From positions 28,830,001 through 28,894,000 of the forward strand of contig CM060733.1 of the NCBI GenBank assembly GCA_030704615.1: a DNA stretch of 64,000 nucleotides, read 5' to 3'. Numbering within the stretch: the first letter of the stretch is position 1; each line of letters opens with the position of its first letter. The DNA is from Takakia lepidozioides (lineage: Eukaryota; Plantae; Bryophyta). A program made the position numbers and the translations under genes. Shown piece after piece: positions 22,501 to 35,694 of the stretch. A model generated the notes under the pieces. The model searched no databases and was not told where the DNA came from. It saw only the letters and a list, made by a program, of their open reading frames with translations.

Positions 22501-25500
22501 AGAGATTTCTGTAAGCTTTGTACTTCAACAAGTTGTTTATATCCTTAACACACCAAGAAAAGCCCATGTCCGAGTAGTTCACCTGCTTTGAGGACACTTT
22601 TTCTGATGAGCTACTCTATCAGTAGATCTCCTTTGATATGGCTCTCTATGGCCGTCCATGCGATTATGACCCTCATTTCCCATGGATTCTGGTCCAAGTA
22701 AGATTGTCCCATTGTTCTGCTCAATTTACTCCTCCTTAGACTATCTTTGGGTTGAATGGCAGTGCAGGTGGCTGAAGGGGGTAATTCCCCATTTACCTAT
22801 GTCATCGTCGACCAAGAGAAGTACATTGACCTTGTAGTGGAACATTTTGTATCAAAGTTGTGGGAGTGTGCTACGTGTAATGGGATTCCAGTCTAGATCA
22901 ATAGTTGTTGGACATGGTCATCACAAATTGGAAATTAATTGGTCGGTAACGTTAAAAAATTGGATGGTTTGCTTAGTCCTGCAGATTCTGTGACTGCCTT
23001 TGTTACATCCAAGTGGTCGGCTTGCATGGCAGGGAGCCTTTAAGTCTGCCAAAGTGCCTTCAAGCACGAACCTTCTTGAATGATGAGCTTTCAGCAGATA
23101 GCCCAGTGGTTTAGGCACTTGTACACTGAGTTCAAAGCTGTGAGTCCTGGTGTATGTCCTACCGACAGTTAGTAGAGGCATTGCCTGACAAATTGTGTAC
23201 TTACAGAAGTCTCTAGAAAAAACCCTGGTCCAAGTAAGTTATTATTTGAAGTCCTTGCCTGCCGTTAGGAAGCAGTATCCTTGTGATCCAGGAGGTATGG
23301 TGGTGTCCTGGTGCTTCTTCCTCAAGCACTCCAAAATTGGCTGCATGGTAGTCTCCTTATCACTTGTAATGGGCAACCAGTGGCACCGACTGGTCATGAG
23401 AGTGAGTCTCACTTTCTCATGTATGTCAATGTGCAGTTTTTCTATGTCCAGCAGCCCCACTACTGACTGGAGTCTTAATATACTGTTTAACTCCAATGAC
23501 AAGTTATATTTTTGCAATATCCATTAGGGATTTTCTCAGTTTCATTGTGCATGCAGAGGCACACGCACATGCATCCACACACCAGGGTCTCCCCCTTTAG
23601 AGCCCCGGGAGCTGACCCCAAGTACCATAGCTGCCTTGCTAAATGATTCCAATTTGGTGTATTTGGACGGTCGCCTCACAGATACAGCTATAATTCTGGC
23701 AAAGGAGGTGAGAGAAATGGACCTGCCCTAACTTCTCTTCAGTAAATTGCTATTATGAGGAACATACATACTGTGAAAATCTCTCTCTTTGTCTTGTTTC
23801 CTGTCTCTTATCAGTGTGTCTCTCTTGGGCCCCCCTGTGGAGGTTATAGGGTTTATTTCTTTCTTTCTCTTGCTCCCTTCCCATCAAAATAGTGCTGTTG
23901 AAGCAGACTTCGATGTGTTCTGTACATCTAAGCTTAATAAAAGCTGTATGGTGTTTGTCAACAATCCCAAAGAACTGAAGAGTCTTTAGCCATACAGGGT
24001 ATGTTCATGACATAGCTCATGGTTGGGGAGTATTTGAACCTGACAAAATTTCCCACTGCAGGCAACAAAACGCAAACTGCCGATACTGGTGGATGCAGAA
24101 CGCAAGAGAGAGGGCCTTGATGACATTTTGGAATTTGCAGACTACATTGTGGCTTCTGCGAAGTTCCCACAGGTAGGTATACATCCCAACCAGCCCCAGG
24201 ACCCATGTCACATCTCAATGGCTACTCCCCTGCTCTTGCCCATCCCCTCCTTGTATATGTCCAGCGCACCTCTGCCAAATTCAATAGTAGTGTTGCCTTT
24301 CTGTCCCTAAATCCCCAAATCAAATTGTGCAGAGATGGAGTACTAAAAATTTAAATTTGGTGGTGTGTCAGTAGACTTGGACAGAGTCCCCAACGTTGGG
24401 TGAAGCACTTCTTACCATGATGTTGCGGCTGCAACGCGTCAAGTTTTTAATAGTGACACTCGGTGCTTCTGGATGTGTAATGCTGGAGAGACACTCCTCA
24501 GGTAGCCAGTTTGTCTGGTTTCAATTGATAGTGTGACAATTTGAAGTAAGTTGATTGCCAAGTAACAAGACAGCATTTAACAATTTGACACTGAATTCAG
24601 AGGAATTTTGCTGACGCTGTGATCAGTTTTGCAGATGTCGCTAATGGTGAAGCACTGAACGTGAATTTGATCCTGGAGGCACTTTCAAAAGAGGCCGAAG
24701 GCTGCCTTACATTGACACCATCTGTTGTTTCCTCAAAGGTGAGATTCTAAGAGCTATCATTGGCCCCATCAAAAGGCACACGAAGGAGGTCAGCACAGAT
24801 ATTTCACATGCAAAATTTGGCCATGTTGTAATATAGAGCTCTCCAACTGCCAGCCACATTGTGATCATACTGCAGCATGTGCAGACCATACAGAGAGACG
24901 AAGAGAAAAACAGTTTAATAGAGCCTTTTTCCAAGTACCGAGGTATTATACTGTATAAGCACCTTAAAACTGTTTTTTTCCTTGGCTTTGTCCTTCTAGT
25001 TCTCTTTTGGAAACATTGAAAGCTCTCGCTTGCCTTCCTAGGTGGGGAGGCTAGGCCTTTCAAGCAGCAGCGATGGCAAGAATGAAATGTCGGGGAGACT
25101 GCTGGTTGGCACAGCGGTGCCCATACCATCTTCAGAACTTGTAGATACGACAGGCGCTGGTGATGCCTTTATAGGTGGTGTTATGTATTGTAAGTCTCTC
25201 TCACTCTCTCGTTAATGGACAAAAATCTAACTTCTTTGATATTGACCAAGGTGTAGCTGAAGGCTGTACCCTCTCCCCACTGCTCTTCAATGTTTTCATC
25301 AATTAGTCACTGGAAGATGTGGAAAATGAGGGGTTTGGGTTAAAGGTGGGTGATACTACCATTCCAGCCTTATGTTTACGGATGACTTTGCAGGCCTAGG
25401 GGATACCCCATCCACTCTTCAGGAGTAGATTGATTGCGCAAAGAGGTACTTTGACCTGTGGAGGCTAGAAGCCAATTCTAAACAGGCTAAGTCCTGGCGG

Positions 25501-26868
25501 ATAAGGGTAGAAGAGATTTCAAGTATCTGAATATCAGCCCAGAAGAATTGTCCCTGCTAGATGAAACTTGCAATGTCGGGTGCCATGTCAGATGCCTGAA
25601 GTCTGTCCGATGAAGAAGAGGTTAGGCATAAAACTTCCCAGAACTTGATTCCAGTCTGTGTGACATGGGCTAGGACCTTAAGGATGATCTCAAGGGACTA
25701 CCTACCCTCGGCACTAGACTGAAATGTAAACTAGGGTGCCTTTGAACAAATAAACAGAAGTCGAGAAGAGGAGATTGTAATTGCCCAATGTGCAGGCAGC
25801 CTGAAGACAATATCCATTTTCTGATAAATTGTCTGTGATATTCTGACCAGAGAGTGACCCTCTTCAGGAACATCAAGAACATTGTACACCTCTGTTCACC
25901 AACTTTGAAAATCTTGAGGCTGAGACTAAAGCCCTGGCCCTGTTGGGCTGTAATGCACACACAGCAAGTTCATGCTTGTGTGACGGGCTATATGTGGAAA
26001 ACCCGAACTAATTGTCTTTATCATGGTAAGTCACACTACTGGATTGAGCCCCTCACAAAGGTAGTATCTGTTCCCTTCTTTTCCTCCCAAACAGGGCGCG
26101 GGACCCACTGTATCTCATGGGGACATCATGTGTATGTACATCACTTGTTTGACCATTATCTCGTATGTGAACCCTTCCTGTCAACCAAAGTGGACAGCTG
26201 ATAGCAACCATGAAGAGTAACAGTGAATCCTGAGGCAGACTGATCAGTAACCTTCGTACTTTTCTTTCAACAACCACATCTTTTCTACTGGGTTGAGGGA
26301 CTTTACTTGCATACAAGGAAGACATGTCTCAGGCCGAAAGTTAAGGCCATACCAGGTATTTTCTGCCTAGGAATATTGAACATGGGAACTAGTTTGGGCG
26401 TCACTCACACTTAGGCTGCTGTGATGCCTATTTCATTGGTGTTGTGATGCAGCGTTGTTGGCTGGATTGCCTCCAGAGAAGATGCTTCCTCTTGGAGCCG
26501 TGGTGGTAAGTGACACTCTATGAAATAGAGCATTTGTTATTTAGGGGCAATCACTTCCTCGTCACCAGAAGACATCCTAATGCAGTACCTGATTTCTTGA
26601 GAAGTCTAGAATCTCGGGTCTCGTGAATTGTCATGTATACATAAACATGGATTTGTTCCCAAAATGGACATAGATGGCCATGTAACCATTGGCCGATTTG
26701 TGATACCTTGCTCAAGCTTGAAGATCCATCTCGTCATGTGAATGTAGATGTTGTTCTTTCAAATTAAACTTTGCTCTGTTCGTCCAGGCTGCTGGTAGCT
26801 GTCGAGCGCTTGGGGCCCGCACCGGTCTCCCACACAGAGGAGATACAAATGTTGCTTTGTTCCTGTGA
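19569..26868 (+). CDS. pfkB/ribokinase-family carbohydrate kinase (~391 aa, 12 exons)
   Basis: Exons 19569-19673, 20007-20096, 20629-20706, 22409-22483, 22768-22820, 23557-23707, 24062-24172, 24375-24501, 24635-24738, 25042-25189, 26453-26505 and 26788-26868 are phase-consistent. pfkB signatures QGGGNVGNALTAAARLG and VDTTGAGDAFIGG are present. Confidence 0.93.
21467..22240 (-). mobile_element. 5'-truncated non-LTR retrotransposon (RTE/RTE-X-like ORF2 C-terminus) in pfkB intron 3
   Basis: RLKFKLRAGSLPLN...CPLCGQSEDSIHFLIHCP C-terminal zinc finger. Homologous to 25480-26102. Confidence 0.8.
25240..26102 (+). mobile_element. Decayed, internally deleted copy of the same LINE family in pfkB intron 10
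   Basis: RT remnants GVAEGCTLSPLLFNVFI and FTDD are joined directly to KQAKSW...LPTLGTRLK...CPMC...IHFLINC. Confidence 0.8.
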
Positions 26869-28405
26869 ACTCATCCTTGTTCTTTCCCTATTCTTAACTA
26901 GCCCCCAGCCCAGTTATTCTTGTGTGGCTGATTTCAATTGAAGGAGAAGGGAACGAGTGAATGTTGGTGAGCAGGCAAATAGGCCAGTAGTTGGGGTATT
27001 TTACAAACCAGAGAATAAAGTGTGGTGGCAATGAACAACGAATATGGCAACAGTGCACCAGAAGTGGTATGCCCTGCGTAATTGTTTATAAGAAAAAGAC
27101 CACAACAATTGGCTTCTACAGGACTTTTCAAGCTATGTTTCAATGGAGTTATACCATTGAGAGCTTCTGATCATATGGCCCTACTGTAACTGAGTAGAAT
27201 GATTGCAGTTATGATGGCTAATTAAAGACCTATACACTTAAGACTGTTAGAAGTACAACGCATATGAGCATGGTGGTTCCATTTGTCAGAGGCAATAGAC
27301 AAATAGTAGACAAAATTAACTCCCTTCTCATCGATTCCTGTACGATACAGAGAGTGGCAGGAAGCACAATGGAAAAGAGTATACAAACTGTTGGCTGGTT
27401 CATGCTTGGCACTAAACAGGAGGACAAAGACATAATGATACGAAAAAAGGTTAAACTCTTGTCAAAGCAAGTGCAAATTCTGGTGTCTTCTCCGTGCCAA
27501 GTACCTGCTGACTCGCCACTTCGGAGCCTTTTATTTGGAAGGAAGACACCTTAGGCAATGTGGTTGCACAGCCTTCCAGCTATGACCCAAAAGGCCAAAG
27601 TGTTCTCCTGACGTTTAAATTAATTAACGCAGTTTATTTTTCCCCTCCTTTCCAGACTCTGAAATATCCCAAGTTTCAAGTAATAGAACAAAAATCTATT
27701 AATGTTTCCCTTTAATAATTGCACACCAATACTCATGGGTGCCTGTTTCTCTCAAAAACCCGGAAGGTTGTCGGTGTCCATTTCTCGAACAGTTTTAAAG
27801 TCAAACTTATGCTTGTCATTTAGTACAAACTCCCCAATCAAAGGTCATGGTTGCATATATTACCAGCAATTGGAGATGTTACCATGTCAGGCAAACATGG
27901 CCACCACAAAAATTCGGCCACCTCATGCTACAACCCCATTGCCCCTCTGCCCCTGACATCCACACCACCTGAGCACAAGGCAAAGACCCGAGGATGCAAG
28001 GGTTTGCACCAAAAAGATTGAAGGTACACTAAGGATGCTCAGCCAATGACTTCCAACAGTCCTCAATGTCTCTGCTGCACTCTTCTCCAGATGTAGATAT
28101 GGAAGTGTTTCTAAGCTGGTATGTACCCCACATACACAGGCCACATGAAGAGACTTGGCTAGCCTTTTGGGCTTCCTTCTGAAGTGGTAGAATATTGTAC
28201 AATGCTGCCACCTTTGCTCCAAGACTGCAACATGAGTTAGTGTGACGGCAGCTCCCAACTTGACCGAGCTCATCAGTTTTTACTCTTTCTTCTTGGTTTG
28301 AAGCCTCTGCTCACTTGCTTGAAAAAAAAGACATGGTCCTTGTAGAATTGAGATCATTTTTGCAAGTACTCGTACACAAGACAAAATCCATACTTTCGAG
28401 GCTTC

Positions 28406-31400
28406 TCAGTTCAAAACCCTTCTGTCTGTACTTAATTTGTGCTGTTTTCTTTTCCGTTTGTAAGATTGAAGCAAGGCCATGCACTTCCTGGGTTGGGGAT
28501 GGTTATGGGAGCCCTCATATACATGGCGAACGTGCCCATCCACGGTATGCTCTTCAATCTTGCGGGCGATGCAGCCCATGTTCACGCACCCATAAAACAC
28601 TCGCAGGTTAGAAGTGCCCGGTGGTACAATCTCATTGAACTTACGCCAGTTATAGCCATCAATCAACGGCCGGAGCATAAGGCAAGAACCCGTAGTGACC
28701 TCCCCATCATGCATAGGCCCTCTAATGTCAAGCTTCGCTCCTGGGGCCAAGGCCTGTTGGGAAAGTTGAGATTTCAACTGCAAGCCCCTCTTTGCTGCTC
28801 TCTCAATTTCAGCTTCAGCATGTCGTCTCTGAAAAGGACATGGGAAAGACTTGAATGTAGTTAGGTTGAAAATTGTTGCAGGGAGAAAACCGCAAACACA
28901 TAACCACATTCAGAGGCAGGTGCTCGATGCATTGATGTAGCAATCACGGCTTGGGATTTGGCTCCTCTGCAAAGCTGTTGTAGGGTGCCAAAAGCAAACT
29001 TTGACCATAGCAAAGAGACTATGGCTGGAAGTCGCCATTCAGTTCAGTCTACTAACCCACATTGAGTGTTTCCATCCCTCTCAGAAAGTTTCAAATGTAG
29101 CAAATCAGAGAAGATAGTCCAGGTCGGATGCAACTTGAGGATGGAGAATACAGCCCTGTTCAGAACTTCAACAGGGGACTACAGGCTGTGCCTGGTTTAC
29201 ATGGACAATTGGAGAAAAGAGAATACAGCCATGTTGAGAACTTGAACATGGCACTGCAGGCTTGGCTGGCTTCATTAGCACACCGCAAGAGCTTCTCACC
29301 TCTATTTCACACTTGTGAATCTCTTGCAGGCGAGCCAGCTCCATCTCAAGCGACGCCATTCTCTGTCGAAGCTCATCATGCTCCTGACCAACCCAAACAC
29401 ACCCGCCACAACACAATTACTCAGTTTCAAGAAAGACGGTGGCCTGAAGTAAAGAGACAACCAGGGATGAGGAGAGTCAAACAGGGACAGTTCTGGTCAT
29501 TATAGAGCATTTCTTACACACTTTAGCCGCCACAGAATACCAGCCTTACTTTCGTCTGGAGTAGTGAGAGCAAGAATGGACTCTTTAACTATTCCCTGTA
29601 GACATTGCTTTCACATACCCTGTAGGACATGGTCCCACAAGATACTAAACCCCCTGGGGCAACCATGGGGTATTCAACACACACGAGTACATTAGACACA
29701 GTCAGGGCACAAGGACTTTGTGTTGATTTATGATTTGTCACAGCAAACATACTAGAAAGAATACTGGTGATGCAAGCACTTCTGTTCCATCTCGCTGCTT
29801 TGGAAAAATGAGAGACAGAAAGAGGCAAGAATTAAAAAGGAAGACAGTAGGGCACCACCTTTTTAAAGCGCTGGAGGTCAGATTCAAGAAGCTCCATTTC
29901 CTTCGGATCTAGAACCCCACCAGGGAGTGGGTTTTGGACTGCTGACTCATAAAATTTAACAGCCGCTGGCTCAACCACCCCAGATACTGCTGTGCTGGAG
30001 ATAAAACCAGAGGACCCAGAAGACCCCACAGCCCCACCGCCTCTCCGATTCTCCTTTCCAGAGGTAACATTGCTACCAGGTGTCTGCATATGGTAACCCT
30101 TTGAACATGTGTTAGTATCAACTAGCAGTAAACAAACTGTGCAAATGCATGCCTGTGTGTGTGAGAGAGAGAGAGAGGAAAGAGACCATGGGTCCTCAAT
30201 TTGCAGCACCTCTACACTACGGACATTAGCCACCATTTCAGGTTGTTTCACTGGAACTTTACACTGACCTAAGTTGCCACCATTGAGGTCCTTTGTGCAT
30301 CCTCATCATGTAAGATGGGTTTGAAGTGGCCGCTAAGTCCCCTTGACAAGTTTTCAGTGATCTGTCGTAAGTTCATTTATAAGGATGGCATTCAACAGCC
30401 CTTGGTTTGAGGATTATCCCTCCCCAACTGTGGATAACTGTGAGGAGATTCGCAACTATGCCCTGCCCCACAGGCTTGGGCTGATGTGCCATATCCGGCA
30501 TTCCTGGAAGATGCAAAAGATGTAAGGGATGATATCATGGAATAATACACAAGGCCTGCCGAGAAAGACAATACTGGTGAAGGAGAAACGCAATTGGAGT
30601 TTCTCACCAATTCCACCTACTTTGTCAGTAATATGTCTTCGAAGAACAAACTGCAACAGAACGCTGGTTTTGTTGTCTTTGGGATTTGAAAATACAGACC
30701 TGAAGTCTGGGACGTTTTAGAGGCCTTCTCTCCTTATTTGCATGTGCAGGCTTGTCGTGATGACACCCATCAATGCCGCATTCTGTGAGCATCCCTGGCA
30801 GCATCGATCTCACAATTGATGTTGCCCGGTGCAAGCTGCAGCGCGGAGCCCCTGTTGACAAGTTCCTGTAGGTAGCAAGCGCCTTACAGGACCAGATTTC
30901 ACACTGTGGTAATCTCCGGCCTTCCTGATTGTCCTGAATCATACCCTTCCTCTTTACTCTTTGCTTTTTCAATTGAGATTGGCGGACCAGTTGGTCTTTT
31001 CCCTGCAGTTCCGCCTGCACTTCGGGTTCATTCTCAGATTGATCTATGTGTTGTATTTCCTCCTGCTTCCTACACTTTTTGGGCGGCCTTCCCCGCCTCT
31101 TCGGTTGATTTTCGATCCTTTTGTCAAATGTGGGAACAGACTCCAGATCAATATCGACTCTCTCAGGGATTGAGCTATCAAGTTCCGCAACCCCATCAGC
31201 GTTCAACAAGTCGATCTCTGTGCCCCCTGGGGACATGTCGACAACTGTTCTTCCAGCAGACCGTGCTGCATTTTTTATTTTCACGCCTTTACCAGATTTT
31301 GCAACAGACATCCCTCTACCTTCTCCATTTTCTGGGAACTCTACTTCTCCATTTGCCATATTTTCGGAAAAACCTAACCCGTGGATGCATTCGCTGATGG

Positions 31401-31740
31401 ATCCACGACCATCCTCAGGAATAATCATCTCTGGCTCACTTTCTGCGTAGATCATTTGCGGCGAATCCACCGGATTTTCCTCACCCCCAAAATTCGAGTC
31501 AGGGTCCATAACCATAGTCAAGTTACTGACAACGGCGCCCGTATCACTTGCCACCCCGGCCTCCTCATCTTGTATCCCACACTCGGTCATGGTTTCGTAC
31601 CCAATGTTTTCAGTCGAATCTGTCTCAGGCATTGAACGACCTAGGGTTTGAGGGCAGTGGATCCTGGCATTGTAGAAGGAAGAAATTTCGGCTCTACAAT
31701 CAGTGCAGGTCGGCCGCACATCGAATGATACCTCGACCAT
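28406..31740 (-). CDS. Divergent WRKY-like zinc-finger protein; the upstream large exon has an AT-hook-like motif and a Cys/His cluster (model across 30122-30700 unresolved)
   Basis: Spliceable exons 30121-29859, 29383-29300 and 28828-28406 give DGYNWRKFNE...FYGCVNMGC-x21-HNH. ORF 30625-31740 has KRRGRPPKK and CEIWSC...CSLH. Confidence 0.65.
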
Positions 31741-32541
31741 CAGTCGCAGATAAATCAGGGGCGATGCTACCTCTGCGGACGATATAATTCTTGAACATCA
31801 CCTTCACCCACCTTGCCACCATTTCTTGATACCGAAGAAGAATGACACCGAAGCAAGACAAGGGACAGACATAGGGAGTGAAGCAGATCAACCCCTCAGC
31901 GAAAGTTTCATTGCAACCAAAGCTGCAGAATGCAGGGATGCAACACAAAACATTCCACTGGCAGATAACCCAATTGAAACCAGATTCAGAAACATGAAGA
32001 CCAGATGGATTCCACCTTCAAATCACCAAACAGAGATGGGTTCCCAAAAGCAGAGTGTGGAGAGCGATGGAGGGGAAGCACGATGAGGCCGAGAGCTTGA
32101 CAAGCCAGCAACTGCTTGCCGTTCAAAACTTGCCTGCTTCCCACGACCCATTTTCCGAGGTCGGATCCCCCGGCCACTTCCGTGATGCCACGTGCTCCAT
32201 GCCAGTATTATTTAGATTTTCAAATCATAATAAAGGGGACTATCCTAATCATCCGCTCGTTCACCGTGCTGCTTCTCCCTCCCGCAGTTGGATCTTGGGA
32301 TCCAGAGACCTTCGACCTTGCCAACAATCTCCATGACACAGATGATCTGCCTCAGACACTCTACACGCAGTGATTTTGTATGAAAGTAGCGGTCCTTAAG
32401 CTGGTGAGATGGGTGTTTTGCTTCTTATTAGCGTAGGTATGTGCAGGTATGTGTAGGTATGGGCGGACATTCTCCATGACCTCCCTCAGACACTGTATAC
32501 ACGTATACACACTTGGTTTTGTGTGAAAGTACTGGTCATTA

Positions 32542-32946
32542 GAGCATGCCCTAGGGAATTCCAAAAAGGCCTTGATGTGAAATGCATCGCAATTCACTTG
32601 ATCACCCCCTAAAAGTGCGCAATTCAATTGAATTGTAAGGGCAATTCAATTGAACTAACCCTAATTTGCAATTCAATTGAATTGTCGGCACACGATTCAA
32701 TTGAATTGCGAATTGGCAATTCAATTGAATTGTCAACTCGCAATTCAATTGAATCGTGTGCCGACAATTCAATTGAATTGTAATCTATAATTTTTAACTT
32801 ATTTCTGTATATAATATATATGTATATATTTAAATTATATATATATACATACACAGGTATAAGCTAAAAATACATGTTGCCTGTCTATTCTTGCTGTCCG
32901 TCTGTCAATCCTTTGCCCGTGGTAAGGCTTGAGCCCAAGATAAGCC

Positions 32947-32991
<45 letters not shown>

Positions 32992-34090
32992 AAGTCAGGA
33001 AGTGCTTGTAAAAGCGGGATTGTCTCTCTTTGTGGATGTTGGTGCCAATATATGGCTATGTACATATACCAAACATGATACCAATGTAAGAGTATCAACG
33101 TGTAAGAGTTTGATATATTAAACTTATGTAGAACACACATCCCAACTTCAACATGATACCTTTGTAAGGGTATCCAAATTTTTGATAATTCTCAAGATGA
33201 ACATACTTTTTGTTTTCTTTGTCCTGGGCCAGATACTAGTGTTAGGGGACTACATGGTGATGCAGGGGAAGCCTTTCATCAATTGTTAGGTTTGATTTTG
33301 TCTGTTTTTTTCGGAGCCAGCCATGTTTCTTTTGCCAGTGAATCACAGGAAGCTGCAGATCTGCGTCTCTGGTTCTCCCTTTCTCGCTGAGGCTGAGGGT
33401 GGTTTCACAACTCCACGATTTCCTCAAGGGCACAAGAAAGAGGGCCAACAAGAATAGACGGGCAACATGTATTTTTAGCTTATACTCTTATATGTGTATA
33501 AATATAATTTGAATATATATATGTACATATATATTATATATTATATACAAAAATAAGTTAAAAATTATAGATTACAATTCAATTGAATTGTAGTCAGCAA
33601 TTCAATTGAATTGCGAGTTGACAATTCAATTGAATTGCGCACTTTTAGGGGGTGATCAAGTGAATTGCGATGCATTTCACATCAAGGCCTTTTTGGAATT
33701 CCCTACATGCCCAGCAGGCACTCCATGGGGCGCACTATCATCAAAGTAGCGCAGCCGCCCAGCCCCAGCAGCACTTTCACGCGCTTCAAAATGGTGAGCC
33801 TCACCAAGTTTCGCCCCACTTGCGTGCTATCGACAAAGAATCGTGGGATGCTAAGACATGTAGGCATTCTCCCCTGCTAGCTACCACTTAGCCTCACATG
33901 TAGACCCGTGGCGGGTAGGTGTGGGGGCCCACTCTCACCTCAACCTGGCGCCGTTACTCCCCTCTTGTTATGATGGGTTGTTGTTGGGGCTCTTGCCAGC
34001 CCACGCGCCATCTAGCTTGTTGGCCTCACCATACGCCTCCTTAACATAGTAATGGTGAGGCAGTTTAGTGAGCCTCTGCTGGGCATGCTC
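32542..34090. mobile_element. Tourist/PIF-Harbinger-like MITE (388 bp when the nested insert is removed)
   Basis: TIR GAGCATGCCCAGCAG / CTGCTGGGCATGCTC, with TTA TSD at 32539-32541 and 34091-34093. Confidence 0.85.
32552..33705. mobile_element. Foldback/non-autonomous TIR element with ~270-340-bp inverted arms
   Basis: Termini TAGGGAATTCCAAAAAGGCC / GGCCTTTTTGGAATTCCCTA and a 7-bp duplication CATGCCC. Arrays of the palindrome CAATTCAATTGAATTG and an internal (GA)n at ~32949-32988. Confidence 0.9.
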
Positions 34091-34959
34091 TTAAGCTGGT
34101 GAGATGAGTGTTTCGTCTCTTATTACTTATCCAGGTGTAGGTGTGTGCGAGTATTCTCCATGACGTCTATGATCTGCCTCAGACACTGTACGCATAGTGG
34201 GTTTTGTATGATAGGATTGATTCGTAAGCTGTTGAGATGGGTGTTTCGTATCTTACTATTTTTCCAAGTGCAGGCATTGATGTTCCACGGAGGGGGGATT
34301 GATATCGCGTGAGCACAACCCACGGTCATGGGAGTTTTATGATTTTTTAGCCTCGGTCATAGGAGTTATATGTTTTCACAATTGAATAAAACCATAAGCG
34401 GATATAGGAGGACTGGTGCATTTAGACGGTACATCTGCACCAATCCAGCAAGGCGAAACCTTCAGTAGTATAGCTAGAAACCCTAAACCTATAGCGGCGG
34501 CGGTGAGTTTCGCATTGAGAAATACTTGGTAATATGGGCACAAACCTAAGCAGCCCGTGCAACAATTTCATGCAACGAAAACAAAATAGTTGTAGCTAAT
34601 ACAAAATACAATTCTAATGCTATTGAAATGTGCTGCTAAACTTAATAGAACTCGAAAAATGTATTTGTTCCCTCGTCCAAAAATAACACCAAACACACAG
34701 TGAGCAGAAAATATAGCGATATTGATTGAAATGATTTACAAGACAATATAGACAAAATAACAAATGAGGATACTTTCGCTTACTGAAATTTCCTTTAGGA
34801 ACGGAGTTAACGTGTACATCTATCATTTAAATCATCAATAAAACCAAGATATTCATTCTTGTGCCGTGAATTTTAGCACAGAATCTGAGAAGGTCTGAGA
34901 TTGTTTCGCTTTGATAACATCAATGTCGACAATTTTTAGTAATGAATTCAAAGATTGAA

Positions 34960-35692
34960 AAGGGTTTCTCAACACAAAACTATTGTCTAACAATGCTTGA
35001 GTTCAAAAACCAACATGCTTTTGAACCTATATGGAGGGATATGAACTGAGGGATTTGAACTACTTCGCCTTAACAGTAGAGTTTCTGAACACGAAACTCC
35101 TGTTTGATAAGGTTGTGTTCAAAGACCTGCATGTTTTTTAACCAATATGGAGGGATATGAACTCAAGGATTTCAACTGATTCGCCAAAACAAAAGAGTTC
35201 CTCAACACGAAACTCTTGTTTATAAGTGTTTTTGTTCAAAGCACTATATGTTTTTGAACAAATATGAAGGGATATGAACTTAAGGATTTGAAATACTTCG
35301 TCGTAACAAAAGAGTTTCTCAACACGAAACTCTTGTCCGACTGTGGTTGCGTACAAAAACTTGCATACTTTTGAAACAATATGGAGGGATACGAATTGAG
35401 GGATTTGAAATCCTTCGCCGTAAAAAAAGAGCTTCTCAACACGAAACTTTTGTCTAACAGTGTTATGGTTTAAGAATCTGCATGCTTTAGAAGCTATATG
35501 GAGGGACATGAATTCAGGGATATGAAATGCTTCGGCAAAGCAAACGTGTTTCTCAATACGAACTCTTCTCTAACTGTGTTTTTGTTCAAAAATCTGTATG
35601 TATTTGGAATAATAAGGGGGGATACGAACTGAGAGATTTGAACTCTTTCGCCTTGACAAAAGAATTTCTCAACACGAAACTCTCGTCTAACA
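34960..35692 (+). repeat. ~117-bp satellite, ~6 units
   Basis: TTTCTCAACACGAAAC...ATATGGAGGGATATGAACT recurs at ~116-117-bp spacing. Confidence 0.9.
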
Positions 35693-35694
35693 TT

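Larger units (their letters stand above)
32329..34265. repeat. ~130-140-bp tandem repeat (~3.5 units) interrupted by the MITE at 32542-34090
   Basis: CTCCATGAC...CTCAGACACT...TAAGCTGGTGAGATG recurs at 32329-32541 and 34091-34265. Confidence 0.75.

Noticed and set aside
32620-32780. CRISPR-like array of palindromic repeats with variable spacers
   Set aside because: Repeats are 16 bp and spacers only ~6-11 bp. They lie inside transposon TIRs, there are no cas genes, and the context is eukaryotic.
35138-35509. 39-aa repeat protein from the 117-bp satellite (also ORF 51776-52234)
   Set aside because: Units differ by many non-synonymous changes, indels and stops. One open frame in a 117-bp unit is expected by chance.
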